Positions 8,611 to 17,677 are shown, counted from the stretch's first letter. The stretch: DNA of 31,273 nt from Candidatus Micrarchaeota archaeon (GCA_040754495.1 JBFMCO010000017.1:1-31273), one strand, 5' to 3'. The notes: generated by a model from the sequence alone, not told the origin. Numbers and translations: made by a program.

Positions 8611-8618
8611 ATTTAAAT
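8611..8618. promoter_or_regulatory. Palindromic TATA-like element shared by divergent aminotransferase and bcp
   Basis: ATTTAAAT lies 22 nt from ATG 8588 and 33 nt from ATG 8652. Confidence 0.55.
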
Positions 8619-8651
8619 AGCTTGAGATGAGATTGTGCGCCGGGTGAAGGC

Positions 8652-9116
8652 ATGGTTAAGGAAGGAGATGCGGCCCCGGATTTCACGCTGCCGGATGCGG
8701 ATGGCAGGAGTGTGGCCCTTTCGAGCTTCAGGGGAAAGAGGGCAGTGGTCTATTTCTACCCCAAGGACGACACGCCCGGATGCACTATCGAGGCGATGGA
8801 GTTCACCGCCCTCAGGGACGAATTCGCGCGGACCGGAGTGGAGATAGTAGGCATAAGCAAGGACTCGTGCGAGTCCCATGCGAAGTTCGCGAAGAAAAGG
8901 AAGCTTGGGATAACCCTGCTCTCGGACGAGGACGCGTCAGTGCAGAAAAAATACGGCGTCTGGCGCCCCAGGAAGTTCATGGGCAGGGAGTTCCTCGGCA
9001 CGGCGAGGGTTACGTTCCTGATTGACGAAAAAGGGACGATAAAAAAGATCTGGGACCCTGCGGAGCCCAAGGGGCACGCGGCCGCAGTATTGGACGAGAT
9101 AAAGAAAAGGGATTAA
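8652..9116 (+). CDS. bcp: Peroxiredoxin, Bcp/PrxQ subfamily
   Basis: YFYPKDDTPGCTIEA peroxidatic motif, APDFTL, and a probable resolving Cys in DSCESH. Confidence 0.95.
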   Translation: MVKEGDAAPDFTLPDADGRSVALSSFRGKRAVVYFYPKDDTPGCTIEAMEFTALRDEFARTGVEIVGISKDSCESHAKFAKKRKLGITLLSDEDASVQKKYGVWRPRKFMGREFLGTARVTFLIDEKGTIKKIWDPAEPKGHAAAVLDEIKKRD

Positions 9117-9127
9117 GCGGGAGGTTC

Positions 9128-9151
9128 GAAAGGAACCGAACGGTTCCTTTC
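9128..9151. terminator. Perfect hairpin between convergent bcp and DHS-like genes
   Basis: GAAAGGAACCG-AA-CGGTTCCTTTC, an 11-bp perfect stem. Confidence 0.6.
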
Positions 9152-10169
9152 AGCCGAGCATCTTCGAATACCCGTGCTTCTTCCTTCCCTTCCAGCTCCC
9201 TTTGTGGTAGGCGTAGCTGGCAAGGAGCGGCAGCACGGACGTGGCCTCGGCGTACACCATCTGCTCGTATGTCGTATCGACCTTGCCCCAGGAGCTCGCC
9301 TCCTTGAGCGTCGAGCTCGAGCAGGCGCCGTCGCGGACGTCCGCCACGGTTATCTGTATGGCGTACTTGTGCATCGGGACCTCCTTGCCGAGGATTTCCG
9401 CGCACACGACCGTGTCCTGGGCGAAGTTCTTGGGGACTCCGCCGCCTATCATTAGCAGGCCGGACGTCGGCGTGCTCATCTTTATTTTCGTCAGCTCGTA
9501 GAAGTCCTTGACAGAGTCTATGGAGACGTGCTTCTCTGGGTGCCGGTGCTGGTGCAGGACGAGGCCGAAGCCCGCGCTCGAATCCGAGAACGCGGGGCAG
9601 AAGATGGGGACGCTGTTCTCGTATGCAGCCTGGACGAGCGAGTTCTTCTTCTTGGAGTTCATGGTCAGCCATTTGCCCATCTCGCGGATGAACTCGCGGG
9701 AGGAGTATGGCCGCGGCTCGAGCGAGTCCGCGATAATCCCGACAGTCTTGTCGCACTCCTGGAGCTGCTCCTCGTCGATGAACGTGTCGTATATCCGGTC
9801 TATGTAGCGCCTGCGCAGCTCCATGTCGTTGACGAACGGGGTGCCCTTGTAGTGCCTGAAGCCGAGGGCCTCGAAGAAGTCCATGTCCACGATGCTCGCC
9901 CCGGTGGCGACGACGGCATCCACCATGTTATTCTTCACGAGGTCGGTGTAGACGTCCATGCAGCCCCCTGCGCTCGTGCTTCCGGCGAGCGTGAGGATTA
10001 TGGCGCATTCCTTTTCCGCGAGCATCATGTCGTATATCTCGGCCGCGCGGCCGAGGTCCCTTGATGTGAAGGACATTCTCTTCATCGCTTCCACAATCTG
10101 CGTCGCGTCGATTTTCTTTATGTCAATATGCTCTATCGGCGTCTTCAAGTAATCCTTCTTGTCCATCAT
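9150..10169 (-). CDS. Deoxyhypusine synthase-family protein, resembling the bacterial SpeY/homospermidine-pathway type
   Basis: TLAGSTSAGG, VATGASIVDMDFFEALG, GGGVPKNF, EASSWGK (catalytic Lys). GAGGTG SD precedes ATG 10169/10166. Confidence 0.9.
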   Translation of the reverse strand: MMDKKDYLKTPIEHIDIKKIDATQIVEAMKRMSFTSRDLGRAAEIYDMMLAEKECAIILTLAGSTSAGGCMDVYTDLVKNNMVDAVVATGASIVDMDFFEALGFRHYKGTPFVNDMELRRRYIDRIYDTFIDEEQLQECDKTVGIIADSLEPRPYSSREFIREMGKWLTMNSKKKNSLVQAAYENSVPIFCPAFSDSSAGFGLVLHQHRHPEKHVSIDSVKDFYELTKIKMSTPTSGLLMIGGGVPKNFAQDTVVCAEILGKEVPMHKYAIQITVADVRDGACSSSTLKEASSWGKVDTTYEQMVYAEATSVLPLLASYAYHKGSWKGRKKHGYSKMLG

Positions 10170-10212
10170 AAACACCTCTGAGAATCCATCGGATAATTCG
10201 GGGCATCAGGAT

Positions 10213-10602
10213 TTAAAGCTCATCCCTGATTTTCGCGGCCATTGCCTCCAGCTCCGAGGGAGCGGCTTTCTTCGCCCTGCGGAAGTCCAGCTCGCCCCCG
10301 GCGTTCAGGGGCACGAGGTGCAGGTGGGCATGAGGGACGAGAAAGCCCTCGACTATCATCCCGATGCGCTTCGAGCGGCTTGCCTTCTGCAGGGGGGCGG
10401 AAAGCTTCCTTGCAGCAGCGAAAAGGGCCGAGTAGGCCTCATCGTCCATGGCAAAGACGGCATCCTCGTGCTTTTTGGGGATGATAAGCGTGTGGCCCGG
10501 ATTGATGGGGCTTATGTCCAGGAAAGCGAGGAACCGCTCATCCTCCCAGATTTTCGCGCTCGGTATCTTGCCCTCTGAGATTTTGCAGAATATGCAGTCC
10601 AT
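10213..10602 (-). CDS. HIT-family nucleotide hydrolase
   Basis: MDCIFCKI start, PGHTLIIPK, HAHLHLVP histidine triad. TATA 23 nt upstream. Confidence 0.95.
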   Translation of the reverse strand: MDCIFCKISEGKIPSAKIWEDERFLAFLDISPINPGHTLIIPKKHEDAVFAMDDEAYSALFAAARKLSAPLQKASRSKRIGMIVEGFLVPHAHLHLVPLNAGGELDFRRAKKAAPSELEAMAAKIRDEL

Positions 10603-10637
10603 GGAAGCCGAATCCGCGGAGCTTGTATATAAAATTA

Positions 10638-11096
10638 TCAGATGAACCGCAGGTCGAGTCGCTTTGCCTTCGGCAGCATGTTCTTCACGGCACGCCCGCG
10701 GAGGTGGCCGCACCCGAGCATGTGTCCCTTGTATCTGAGGAGGACGTAGCCGTCGCTCGCGGCCAACCCTTCATTGAGCATGAGGTCTGCGCCGCGGGCA
10801 TAGGCGAGCGCCTGCTCCCGCCCAAGCTCTATGGCGTTCTTAGTAACCTGCTTCCCGAAGCACTGCAGGAGGTTGGTCGTGGGCTTTATGGAGTCGGTCA
10901 CCCTCGCGACAAGGAGGCCAATCGTCACTATGCGGGGCTTCGGGATTGCCTGCTTCGGGCCAAGGAAAACGCGCCCCTTGCTGCCGAGATAAAGGCCGTA
11001 TGGCTCGAAAGCGCCGGCACCGAGCCCGAAGCGCTCCCCGAAATATTCGAGGACGGCCTTCTGCAGTTTCTGGGGGGGCAGGTCTTCAAGGCTCAT
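10638..11096 (-). CDS. RsmF C-terminal-like / NIP7-like PUA-type RNA-binding protein
   Basis: KPTTNLLQ, A.AYARG.DL, GYVLL...LGCG...VKNMLPK. ATGA overlap with the methyltransferase stop. Confidence 0.75.
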   Translation of the reverse strand: MSLEDLPPQKLQKAVLEYFGERFGLGAGAFEPYGLYLGSKGRVFLGPKQAIPKPRIVTIGLLVARVTDSIKPTTNLLQCFGKQVTKNAIELGREQALAYARGADLMLNEGLAASDGYVLLRYKGHMLGCGHLRGRAVKNMLPKAKRLDLRFI

Positions 11097-11998
11097 TTCC
11101 TCACCTTGGCCAAAAAGAAGCCGCCCGTGTCGTTGTGGTGCGGCCACACCCTTGCGCATTTGCGGACCTCGGGGCTGAATTCGGCCCCATGCCACGCTGG
11201 AAGGGCAGGGGAGAGCCGGAATCCGTCCATCCCCACCTCCTCCAGGCTGGCATCCGTATCCTGGAGGAGCTTTTCTATCACGAATTCGTTCTCCTCAGGG
11301 GCAAATGTGCATGTGGAATAGACCAGCACGCCGCCGGGCGCAAGGAGGTCGAAAGCGCGGCGCAGGAGCTGCCCCTGCAGCCTTGAGTGCCCCGGATAGC
11401 CCTTGTCCGACCAGAAGCGCAGGAGGTCCGGGCTTTTCCGTATCGTGCCTTCGGCCGAGCAGGGCGCGTCGAGGATTATGACGTCGAATTGGGAGTTGGG
11501 GAACATGCGCAGATCCTGGTTCGTTATAACCACGTTCAGCGCGCCGACCTTTTCCAGATTGAACTTCAGCGCCCTGATGCGGCTATAATCTATGTCGTTG
11601 GCCACTACCGTCCCCCGGTTGCCCATCAGGGCGGAGAGCTGCGTGGTCTTGGAGCCCGGCGCGGCGCAGCCGTCCAGGACCAGCCGGGCTCGGCTTAATT
11701 CTTCCCTGACAAGGAGCGGCGGGAGCATGGAAACCAGCTCCTGCATGTATATCTCCCCAGAGAAGTGCTCCAGCGTCGAGCCGACGTCCGGATTCTCCGA
11801 CACGAACGCATCTCCGTACCACGGCATCTGTTTTATCTCTATCCCGTATCCGGAGAACCCCTCCATGACCTCGGGCGGGGAGGACTTGAGGGTGTTGACG
11901 CGGAAGGAGCGGGGGAGCGGCCTGCCGAGGCTCTCGCCAAACGCCGCGGCATCATCAACTACTGGACAGTACCTGTCCCTGAACCCTTGCGGCAGCAT
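11093..11998 (-). CDS. RsmB/NOP2 (NOL1/Sun) family RNA m5C methyltransferase
   Basis: RVNTLK, LDGCAAPGSKTTQ, ILDAPCSAEG, LVYSTCTFAPEENE. Start revised to ATG 11998. Confidence 0.95.
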   Translation of the reverse strand: MLPQGFRDRYCPVVDDAAAFGESLGRPLPRSFRVNTLKSSPPEVMEGFSGYGIEIKQMPWYGDAFVSENPDVGSTLEHFSGEIYMQELVSMLPPLLVREELSRARLVLDGCAAPGSKTTQLSALMGNRGTVVANDIDYSRIRALKFNLEKVGALNVVITNQDLRMFPNSQFDVIILDAPCSAEGTIRKSPDLLRFWSDKGYPGHSRLQGQLLRRAFDLLAPGGVLVYSTCTFAPEENEFVIEKLLQDTDASLEEVGMDGFRLSPALPAWHGAEFSPEVRKCARVWPHHNDTGGFFLAKVRK

Positions 11999-11999
11999 G

Positions 12000-12569
12000 C
12001 TATGTATCCTCCATCCTGCGCGTCGCATCCATGCCCGGGACACGCCCCCTCATGCGCGTTATTACGAATCCTGCCCGCACTGCGAGCGTCTTCCGCATGT
12101 GCGAGAACACGGCATCCATCCTCTTCCGCTCAGCCTCGGGCGCGCTCCATGAAAGCGAGAATACCGCGTCCCCGGTGCAGAACATCACCCCGCCGCCGAA
12201 ATAGCTCCGCCCTCCAGAAGAGTAGGAATAGTCCCGCTCGTAGGCCGGCATGGAATGGAACGTAGCTTTCTTCATGGGCGTGTATATGCCCGAGGTCGGG
12301 CTCTCCAGCTCGGCCTTGGCGTATTTTGTGAAGGCGAAGCTCTCAGGAAGCTGCGCATCCACGGCTATCGTGAACTGGCACAGGCCGTTCCCGGAGACGA
12401 ACGAGATGGTGTATTTGCCGTCCACGACCGCGATGTCCTCGTCGAACTTCCATCCTTGCGGGTAGAAGAGCTCGAAGTTGCCCATGCCGTCGCGGAACCT
12501 CACGTACCTGACCGGCTTCTCGCGAAAGAAGAAAGAGCGAAGACGCGCAAGGAGGCTATCTTTCTGCAA
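12000..12569 (-). CDS. PsbP/DcrB-like fold hypothetical protein
   Basis: FELFYPQGW motif and a beta-rich pattern. TTG start with GGTG upstream overlaps the end of the methyltransferase gene. Confidence 0.55.
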   Translation of the reverse strand: MQKDSLLARLRSFFFREKPVRYVRFRDGMGNFELFYPQGWKFDEDIAVVDGKYTISFVSGNGLCQFTIAVDAQLPESFAFTKYAKAELESPTSGIYTPMKKATFHSMPAYERDYSYSSGGRSYFGGGVMFCTGDAVFSLSWSAPEAERKRMDAVFSHMRKTLAVRAGFVITRMRGRVPGMDATRRMEDT

Positions 12570-13293
12570 TCCACACCGCCTCCCTGCACCCCTCGTCGAA
12601 GGGGGAATAGTCGAAACCGCAATAGAGCTTGATGTTCCGGAAGCCCGCGCCCGCAAGGAGCTTCCGTATGTCTTTCATCAACGGATACCTTATCTCCATC
12701 GAGAACTCGTGCCGCTCGCCGCCATCGAAGGTGATGGCTATCCTGTAGTGGCCGAGCCTCGACTTGGGGTCGGCCATCAGGTACCAGTCGAGGCGGTATT
12801 TCCGGCCGTCCGGGGCGGCCATGTTCTCGGATTCGAAGAGGTGGTGCGATCCTGTCATGGCAAGGTCGTCTGGCGAGGGGTTGTACGTGTGCAGTATGAG
12901 CCGGCCCCCGGGCCGCAGGTGCGCCATGAAGCGCGAGAGCGCCTTTTTCCTCGACGATTCGTCCTTCAGGTGCAGGAAGCTCCGGTAGGGGACGATGATG
13001 AGCGCGAATTCCTTCCCGAGGCTGAAATCCGTCATGTCCGCAACGCGCACTTCGGGACGGATGCCCAGGGCATCCGCTTTCTTTTTGAGGACGCCAAGCA
13101 TCGCCGGGGAGAGGTCTATGCCGCAGGCCTCGATGCCTGATCCGAGGAGCGTCAGGAGTATCCTGCCGGTCCCGCACGCTACTTCGAGCACCGGCCCCCT
13201 TGCGTTCCTGGCCTCCCGGAGATAGAATCCCAGGTCGACCGCGTCGCAGTATATCAGGTCGTAGTGCTCGGCCATCTCCTCGTAGACGTCCAT
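12556..13293 (-). CDS. Class I SAM-dependent methyltransferase
   Basis: VLEVACGTGR motif I, GIDLSPAML, ADMTDF. Confidence 0.93.
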   Translation of the reverse strand: MDVYEEMAEHYDLIYCDAVDLGFYLREARNARGPVLEVACGTGRILLTLLGSGIEACGIDLSPAMLGVLKKKADALGIRPEVRVADMTDFSLGKEFALIIVPYRSFLHLKDESSRKKALSRFMAHLRPGGRLILHTYNPSPDDLAMTGSHHLFESENMAAPDGRKYRLDWYLMADPKSRLGHYRIAITFDGGERHEFSMEIRYPLMKDIRKLLAGAGFRNIKLYCGFDYSPFDEGCREAVWIAER

Positions 13294-13347
13294 CAGGTTT
13301 GCTTTTCAGGCGCAAGATAATTAATCCTTGCACGCTGAGTCTGTCCC

Positions 13348-14394
13348 GTGTATCTCCATATAGACATGGACTACTTCTTCGCCCAGCTCGAGGAGAAGCG
13401 CAGGCCGATGGCAAGGGGGAAAATCATCGTGGTCTGCGTCTACAGCGGGAGGACGCCGGATTCGGGCGTGGTGAGCACCGTGAACTATCCGGGCAGGGAG
13501 ATAGGCATCCGCTCGGGGATGCCCATCGCTTTCGCGAAGAAGCGCGCGCCGCCCGCCGACAGCATCTTCGTCCCCGTCGACCATGAGTATTACGAGCAGG
13601 TCTCAGCCCGGCTGGATTCGCTTGTGCGGGAGAGCTGCCGCAGGGTCGTGCAGGCGAGCATAGACGAGTGGAACGCCGAGGATGCCGAAGCGGCCGGAAA
13701 GGCAGGCGCCCTCAAGGAGCGCATCCGCTCGGAATTGGGCCTCACCTGCAGCGTGGGCGTGGCCCCGACGCTCCTTGGCGCGAAGATGGCGGCCTCGAAA
13801 TCCAAGCCGGACGGCCTCCTCATCCTCGATGAGGAAGCGGAGAGGAAGCTCATATTGGATTCGGATTTGGAGAGAGTGCCGGGGATAGGGCCGAAGACGG
13901 CCGAGGCCCTCCGGGCCCTCGGGGCCCAGAAAGTGAGGGACATTGCGAAGCTGGACGCGCTCCGCCTCGTGGAGACTTTCGGCAGGAAGACCGGCGCCTG
14001 GCTCAGGGAGCTTGGCGGGGGAATGTTCGACTCCGGCCTCGGCGAGGAGAAGCCCCAGGAAGAAGTCAGCCGGATAGGCACGCTGAAGGAGAAGACCAGG
14101 GACGCCTACCTCATCCTGGCCAGGCTGGAGGAGCTGGAAAAGGACGCGAAGGAGAGGCTGATGCTGATGAAGAGGTCCTACAGGACTCTTTCCATCATAT
14201 TCATCACCGAGGACCTGAAGACGCACACAAAATCAGTGTCGTTCAGGAACCCGAAGGGCTGGAGCGAGGACCTCAAAAGGGAGAAGGAGGAGCTGGTCGG
14301 GGAGTTTCTGGCCGGCAGTGATTTGGACGTCAGGCGCGTCGGGATACGGTTCGGCGGCCTTTTCGACCTCGGCGGCCAGACTACTTTGTTCTAG
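13348..14394 (+). CDS. dinB: Y-family DNA polymerase IV (Dpo4/Dbh-like)
   Basis: HIDMDYFFAQ, VCVYSGR..DSG, SIDE catalytic motif, KMAA..KPDG, VPGIGPKT HhH, VRRVGIR little finger. Confidence 0.95.
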   Translation: MYLHIDMDYFFAQLEEKRRPMARGKIIVVCVYSGRTPDSGVVSTVNYPGREIGIRSGMPIAFAKKRAPPADSIFVPVDHEYYEQVSARLDSLVRESCRRVVQASIDEWNAEDAEAAGKAGALKERIRSELGLTCSVGVAPTLLGAKMAASKSKPDGLLILDEEAERKLILDSDLERVPGIGPKTAEALRALGAQKVRDIAKLDALRLVETFGRKTGAWLRELGGGMFDSGLGEEKPQEEVSRIGTLKEKTRDAYLILARLEELEKDAKERLMLMKRSYRTLSIIFITEDLKTHTKSVSFRNPKGWSEDLKREKEELVGEFLAGSDLDVRRVGIRFGGLFDLGGQTTLF

Positions 14395-14485
14395 TTTATG
14401 GCAAAAAACGGCCAAAAGCATAGCTTTAAATGCACTTGTAACCATAATTAATAACACATATATTACCAACCAGAGGTGGGATTGT

Positions 14486-14635
14486 ATGATAGGAACCATA
14501 AACAGCATCGTGAGCAAGGTAGTCGGCACTGTCAGCGGCCCGATTTATTCGTGGGGCGGAAAGAGCGTGAAGCCGAAGTCCGTGAAGAAGGTCAGGAAGG
14601 CCAAGTGCTCGCACAAAAAGTGCAAGTGCTGCTGA
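14486..14635 (+). CDS. 49-aa basic peptide with Cys-rich C-terminus
   Basis: GAGGTGG SD and an AT-rich promoter region upstream. MIGTINSIVSKVVGTVSGPIYSWGGKSVKPKSVKKVRKAKCSHKKCKCC fills an otherwise empty gap and ends just before the dph5 stop. Confidence 0.7.
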   Translation: MIGTINSIVSKVVGTVSGPIYSWGGKSVKPKSVKKVRKAKCSHKKCKCC

Positions 14636-14638
14636 AGC

Positions 14639-15346
14639 TCACACGAGGGAATCCAGATACTCCTGCTCGACCGGGTGCAGCCTGGCGGGCACGATTATCG
14701 TGAATGGCGGCCTGCCCAGGGGCATTTCTTTCAGCCTGGGCACTGCGCCATAGCTTATTTTCTCATCTTCGTGGCCGACGCGCGATAGCACTATTGCGTG
14801 GCTGAATTCCGCGAGCATGTCAAGGGCGGCCGCGGCCTCCATCGGCGCCGGCTCGGTGTCGAGGAGGACGAGCGTGTGAAGGTCCCGCACGAGGTTTTCC
14901 CGGATTATGTCCAGCGAGGATAGCGGCTTGTAATTGGGCCTCGGATTGACCAGGCTTGCGGTTTTCCCGAAGCGATAAACCTGAAGGCCCGCCCGGGCCG
15001 GTGCCACCGAGTGGATGGAGGAGTTGTGTATCACCAGCACCTTCACGCCCTTCTGCCTTGCCTCCAGGACGAGCGTAATGTGCGTTGTCGCGGTGAGGGG
15101 GTCGCCCGAGGCAAGGATGCATACGCTCTTTGTTTTCGCCTGCTGGACCAGGTACGGCCCTTCCAGGCGGTCCCGCCCGAGATGTTCGAGCTTCTTCCCT
15201 ATGAGGCGCTCCAGCCCCGCTATCTTCCCCTCCTCGATGGGATTGGTGTATGTCTCGATGTAAGCCTCGTCGCAGGATTTCAGGGCGTCGATGCCTGCAA
15301 GGGTGAGGTCGAAGGCGACGCCGGTGCCGATAAGGAAGAGCGCCAT
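14639..15346 (-). CDS. dph5: Diphthine methyl ester synthase
   Basis: LFLIGTG, ETYT, GDPLTATTH, HNSSI, Y.FGKT, LHTLVLLD. Confidence 0.92.
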   Translation of the reverse strand: MALFLIGTGVAFDLTLAGIDALKSCDEAYIETYTNPIEEGKIAGLERLIGKKLEHLGRDRLEGPYLVQQAKTKSVCILASGDPLTATTHITLVLEARQKGVKVLVIHNSSIHSVAPARAGLQVYRFGKTASLVNPRPNYKPLSSLDIIRENLVRDLHTLVLLDTEPAPMEAAAALDMLAEFSHAIVLSRVGHEDEKISYGAVPRLKEMPLGRPPFTIIVPARLHPVEQEYLDSLV

Positions 15347-15504
15347 GGGATAGAGAGGAGGGGAAGTTATTAATTGGGTTCTGGCGCCACACTTACGAAA
15401 AGGTTAGTTGATTGACGTAATATTTAAAAATACGCACCGCTATATCCTACTTTGCAACACACCAACTCAGATGTTGTCAGCTGTCACAGTCCTTTCTTAA
15501 ACGG

Positions 15505-15592
15505 AAGGATAACGCTATGGGGTCTATCATCACCATCCCCCTACCCCTAGCGTTTTCTTATCATTCTTCTCCCCTCAGGCTTCGCCTGGGGG
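15505..15592. other. Two adjacent stem-loops in the dph5-DUF192 intergenic region
   Basis: AAGGATAACGCTATGGGG (15505-15522) pairs with CCCCTAGCGTTTTCTT (15544-15559). A second hairpin is CCCC-T-CAGGC-TTC-GCCTG-GGGG (15571-15592). Confidence 0.5.
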
Positions 15593-15609
15593 TTTCGGGT
15601 TTCCGGTTC

Positions 15610-16092
15610 TCAGTTTCCGGATTTGAGGGTGGAGAGGTCCAGGCTGCTTTTTCCCGGGATTATAGAATTGTCTTTCGAGAAGCCCTTGTTCACTTCAAGC
15701 ACGTATTTGGCCTTCTCGCGGGGGAAGTAGAGCTTGCAGCGGGTGACATTGAGCCCGCATGGCTCCATCTGCAGGACATCCACCACGGTGCCGTTTTCTG
15801 CTATGTGGATGGCGTCGAGGGCGATTGTCGTATTCAGCATCCAGAACGGGTAGATGCCCGGCCTGTCGAACACGAACAGCATGCCCTCGTTCTCCCCGAG
15901 GCTTTGGCGCCCCATGAGGCCTTTCATCTTGGTGGCGCTGTCTGTTGCGATTTCAGCGTCTATGGGAAGGCGCTCGCCCTCGGCATTCACCAGTGCCAGC
16001 CTGCGCTTCTCCCCTTTGGCGCTGACCAGGTAGACCACGAGGACAAGAAGGATTGCCGCGGCGATAAGCGCCGCGAGCTCGTAGTTTTTCAT
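15610..16092 (-). CDS. DUF192 family protein with N-terminal TM anchor
   Basis: GLMGR..L....GMLFVF, FWMLNT.I.LD, YVLEVNKG. Confidence 0.9.
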   Translation of the reverse strand: MKNYELAALIAAAILLVLVVYLVSAKGEKRRLALVNAEGERLPIDAEIATDSATKMKGLMGRQSLGENEGMLFVFDRPGIYPFWMLNTTIALDAIHIAENGTVVDVLQMEPCGLNVTRCKLYFPREKAKYVLEVNKGFSKDNSIIPGKSSLDLSTLKSGN

Positions 16093-16101
16093 CGGCCGCC
16101 C

Positions 16102-17211
16102 TTAGATTTTCTTGAACCTGTCCCTGAATTTCTCCTGGAGCTTCGGGAGGTTGGTGTATTCCATGTCCTCCTCCGGGAGCCTGTGCGGCTCGAAGGGGCC
16201 GTGCCTCCTCATGTACTCCGCGATTTCGTTTGCCTTTGCCCGGGTGTATTCGTAGGAATGGTCCTTGAATATGTCGTGCGGGCCGACGAGCGTGCCGTTC
16301 GCGAGCTGGAAGCCGAGCGCAACGACGCGCGGCGGGCCGTCGAGCCGGGACGGCGTCGCGGTCTCCATGCTGCAGGGCATCATCGGGCCCTGGTGGGAGC
16401 CGCGCATCCATCCTGAGACGAGGTGCGGGAAGCTGAAGGGCTCCAGCGCCTCGCCGACCGAGGGAAGGCCGGCCTGGCAGCGGACGATTGCTACAGGGTC
16501 GTCCTTGCCCACGTACGTCCCTGCGACCTGCGACAGCTTGTCGGTCGAGACGCAGCAGATGGCCTCGGACTCGTTCACCCTGTTGCCCGGGCCCGGGTAG
16601 ACGCGCTTGATTACGTAGCGCGAGCGCGAGCCCACGAACGCAAGCATCGAGTAGGTCTCCTCGGGCGTCTTGAAATCCACTTTCCTGCCCTCGATTGTGT
16701 CATAGACCTCGAAGCGGAATCCGCCCTGCATGTTGGAGTCTATCACGAGGCCGGGCGTGTTGAACGGGTCCGCAAACATCCTGTAGACAGGAAGGTTGAA
16801 CGCGCCGGGGTCGGTCTTGTCCATCATGAACACGATGACCGGCTCGCTTTGCCTTTCCTCGAACTCCAGCTCCGCGACGCCCGGGCCCATGCCGCGCACG
16901 TTGCCCGAGAACGCGTCCTTGAGAAGGTCCTGGCCGGCGCCATAGAGCTTGAGCTTCTTCGCCACCGCGGTCCCTGCCACGAACGCGTCCCACGCGAGGC
17001 CGTGGATTTCCTTGCTGTCCACGCCCTTCGTGTGCGTCATGATGAGGTTGATGTCGTCCCCGCACCAGCCCACGAAACAGTCGATGATGAGCCCTTTCTT
17101 CTTCGCTTCAGCCATCTTCTCCCGGACAGTCCTGACGACGTCAGGATGCACGGTCTCGTGGCCCGGGAACCCGCCTATGTCTGCTTTAATCACACTGAGG
17201 GTGACTTTCAT
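16102..17211 (-). CDS. fbp: Bifunctional fructose-1,6-bisphosphate aldolase/phosphatase
   Basis: SVIKADIGG.PGH, GDDI.LIMTH, YGAGQDLLKDAFSGNVRGMGPG, GKDDPV, GWMRGSH. GAGGTG SD. Confidence 0.97.
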   Translation of the reverse strand: MKVTLSVIKADIGGFPGHETVHPDVVRTVREKMAEAKKKGLIIDCFVGWCGDDINLIMTHTKGVDSKEIHGLAWDAFVAGTAVAKKLKLYGAGQDLLKDAFSGNVRGMGPGVAELEFEERQSEPVIVFMMDKTDPGAFNLPVYRMFADPFNTPGLVIDSNMQGGFRFEVYDTIEGRKVDFKTPEETYSMLAFVGSRSRYVIKRVYPGPGNRVNESEAICCVSTDKLSQVAGTYVGKDDPVAIVRCQAGLPSVGEALEPFSFPHLVSGWMRGSHQGPMMPCSMETATPSRLDGPPRVVALGFQLANGTLVGPHDIFKDHSYEYTRAKANEIAEYMRRHGPFEPHRLPEEDMEYTNLPKLQEKFRDRFKKI

Positions 17212-17379
17212 AATTCGTTGCACCTCAAACCGGATTAGACTTGCAGGGAGTGAATAAAAAGATTGCGATGGCCGCGCCGCCCGGCAGCAGCGATTGATTT
17301 ATATATTTTTTCCATCATTAACCACTTCAATTCCCAATGCTCAGAGTAACAAACAACCCAGATGCAGAAAGGTGAAAGA

Positions 17380-17673
17380 ATGGAACCAGCCGGCACTAAG
17401 AGGAACTCGCACTACCCGTCGATAAGGCTTTACGACGAAATGAACCGCCTGAGGAGGCGGGACGGCCACCCTGAGCTCGACCCGTGCGAATTCGCGCGCC
17501 ACATACACACGCATTTCGAGGTAAGTCACGTCCCGCTCGTGGCCGAGGCGGTGAGGAACATCGAGGAAACGCACGGAGTGGAATTCGAGACGCCCAAAAG
17601 AAGGTCGAGGCTCTCTGCGCTTTTCGCCCGCTTCATGAGCGCCCCGGAGCCTCCGATGGCATCCGATGAATGA
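17380..17673 (+). CDS. Hypothetical protein
   Basis: AGGTGA SD before ATG 17380, TTTATATA upstream, typical codon usage. Confidence 0.6.
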   Translation: MEPAGTKRNSHYPSIRLYDEMNRLRRRDGHPELDPCEFARHIHTHFEVSHVPLVAEAVRNIEETHGVEFETPKRRSRLSALFARFMSAPEPPMASDE

Positions 17674-17677
17674 ATCG

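Noticed and set aside
14606-14635. Eukaryote-like prenylation signal (polybasic plus terminal CC)
   Set aside because: The resemblance is superficial and there is no evidence here for a protein prenyltransferase. Metal binding is the simpler explanation.
15478-15537. 19-codon minus-strand ORF MVMIDPIALSFRLRKDCDS
   Set aside because: It is too short and featureless, and its start overlaps the stem-loop/C-box-like signal.
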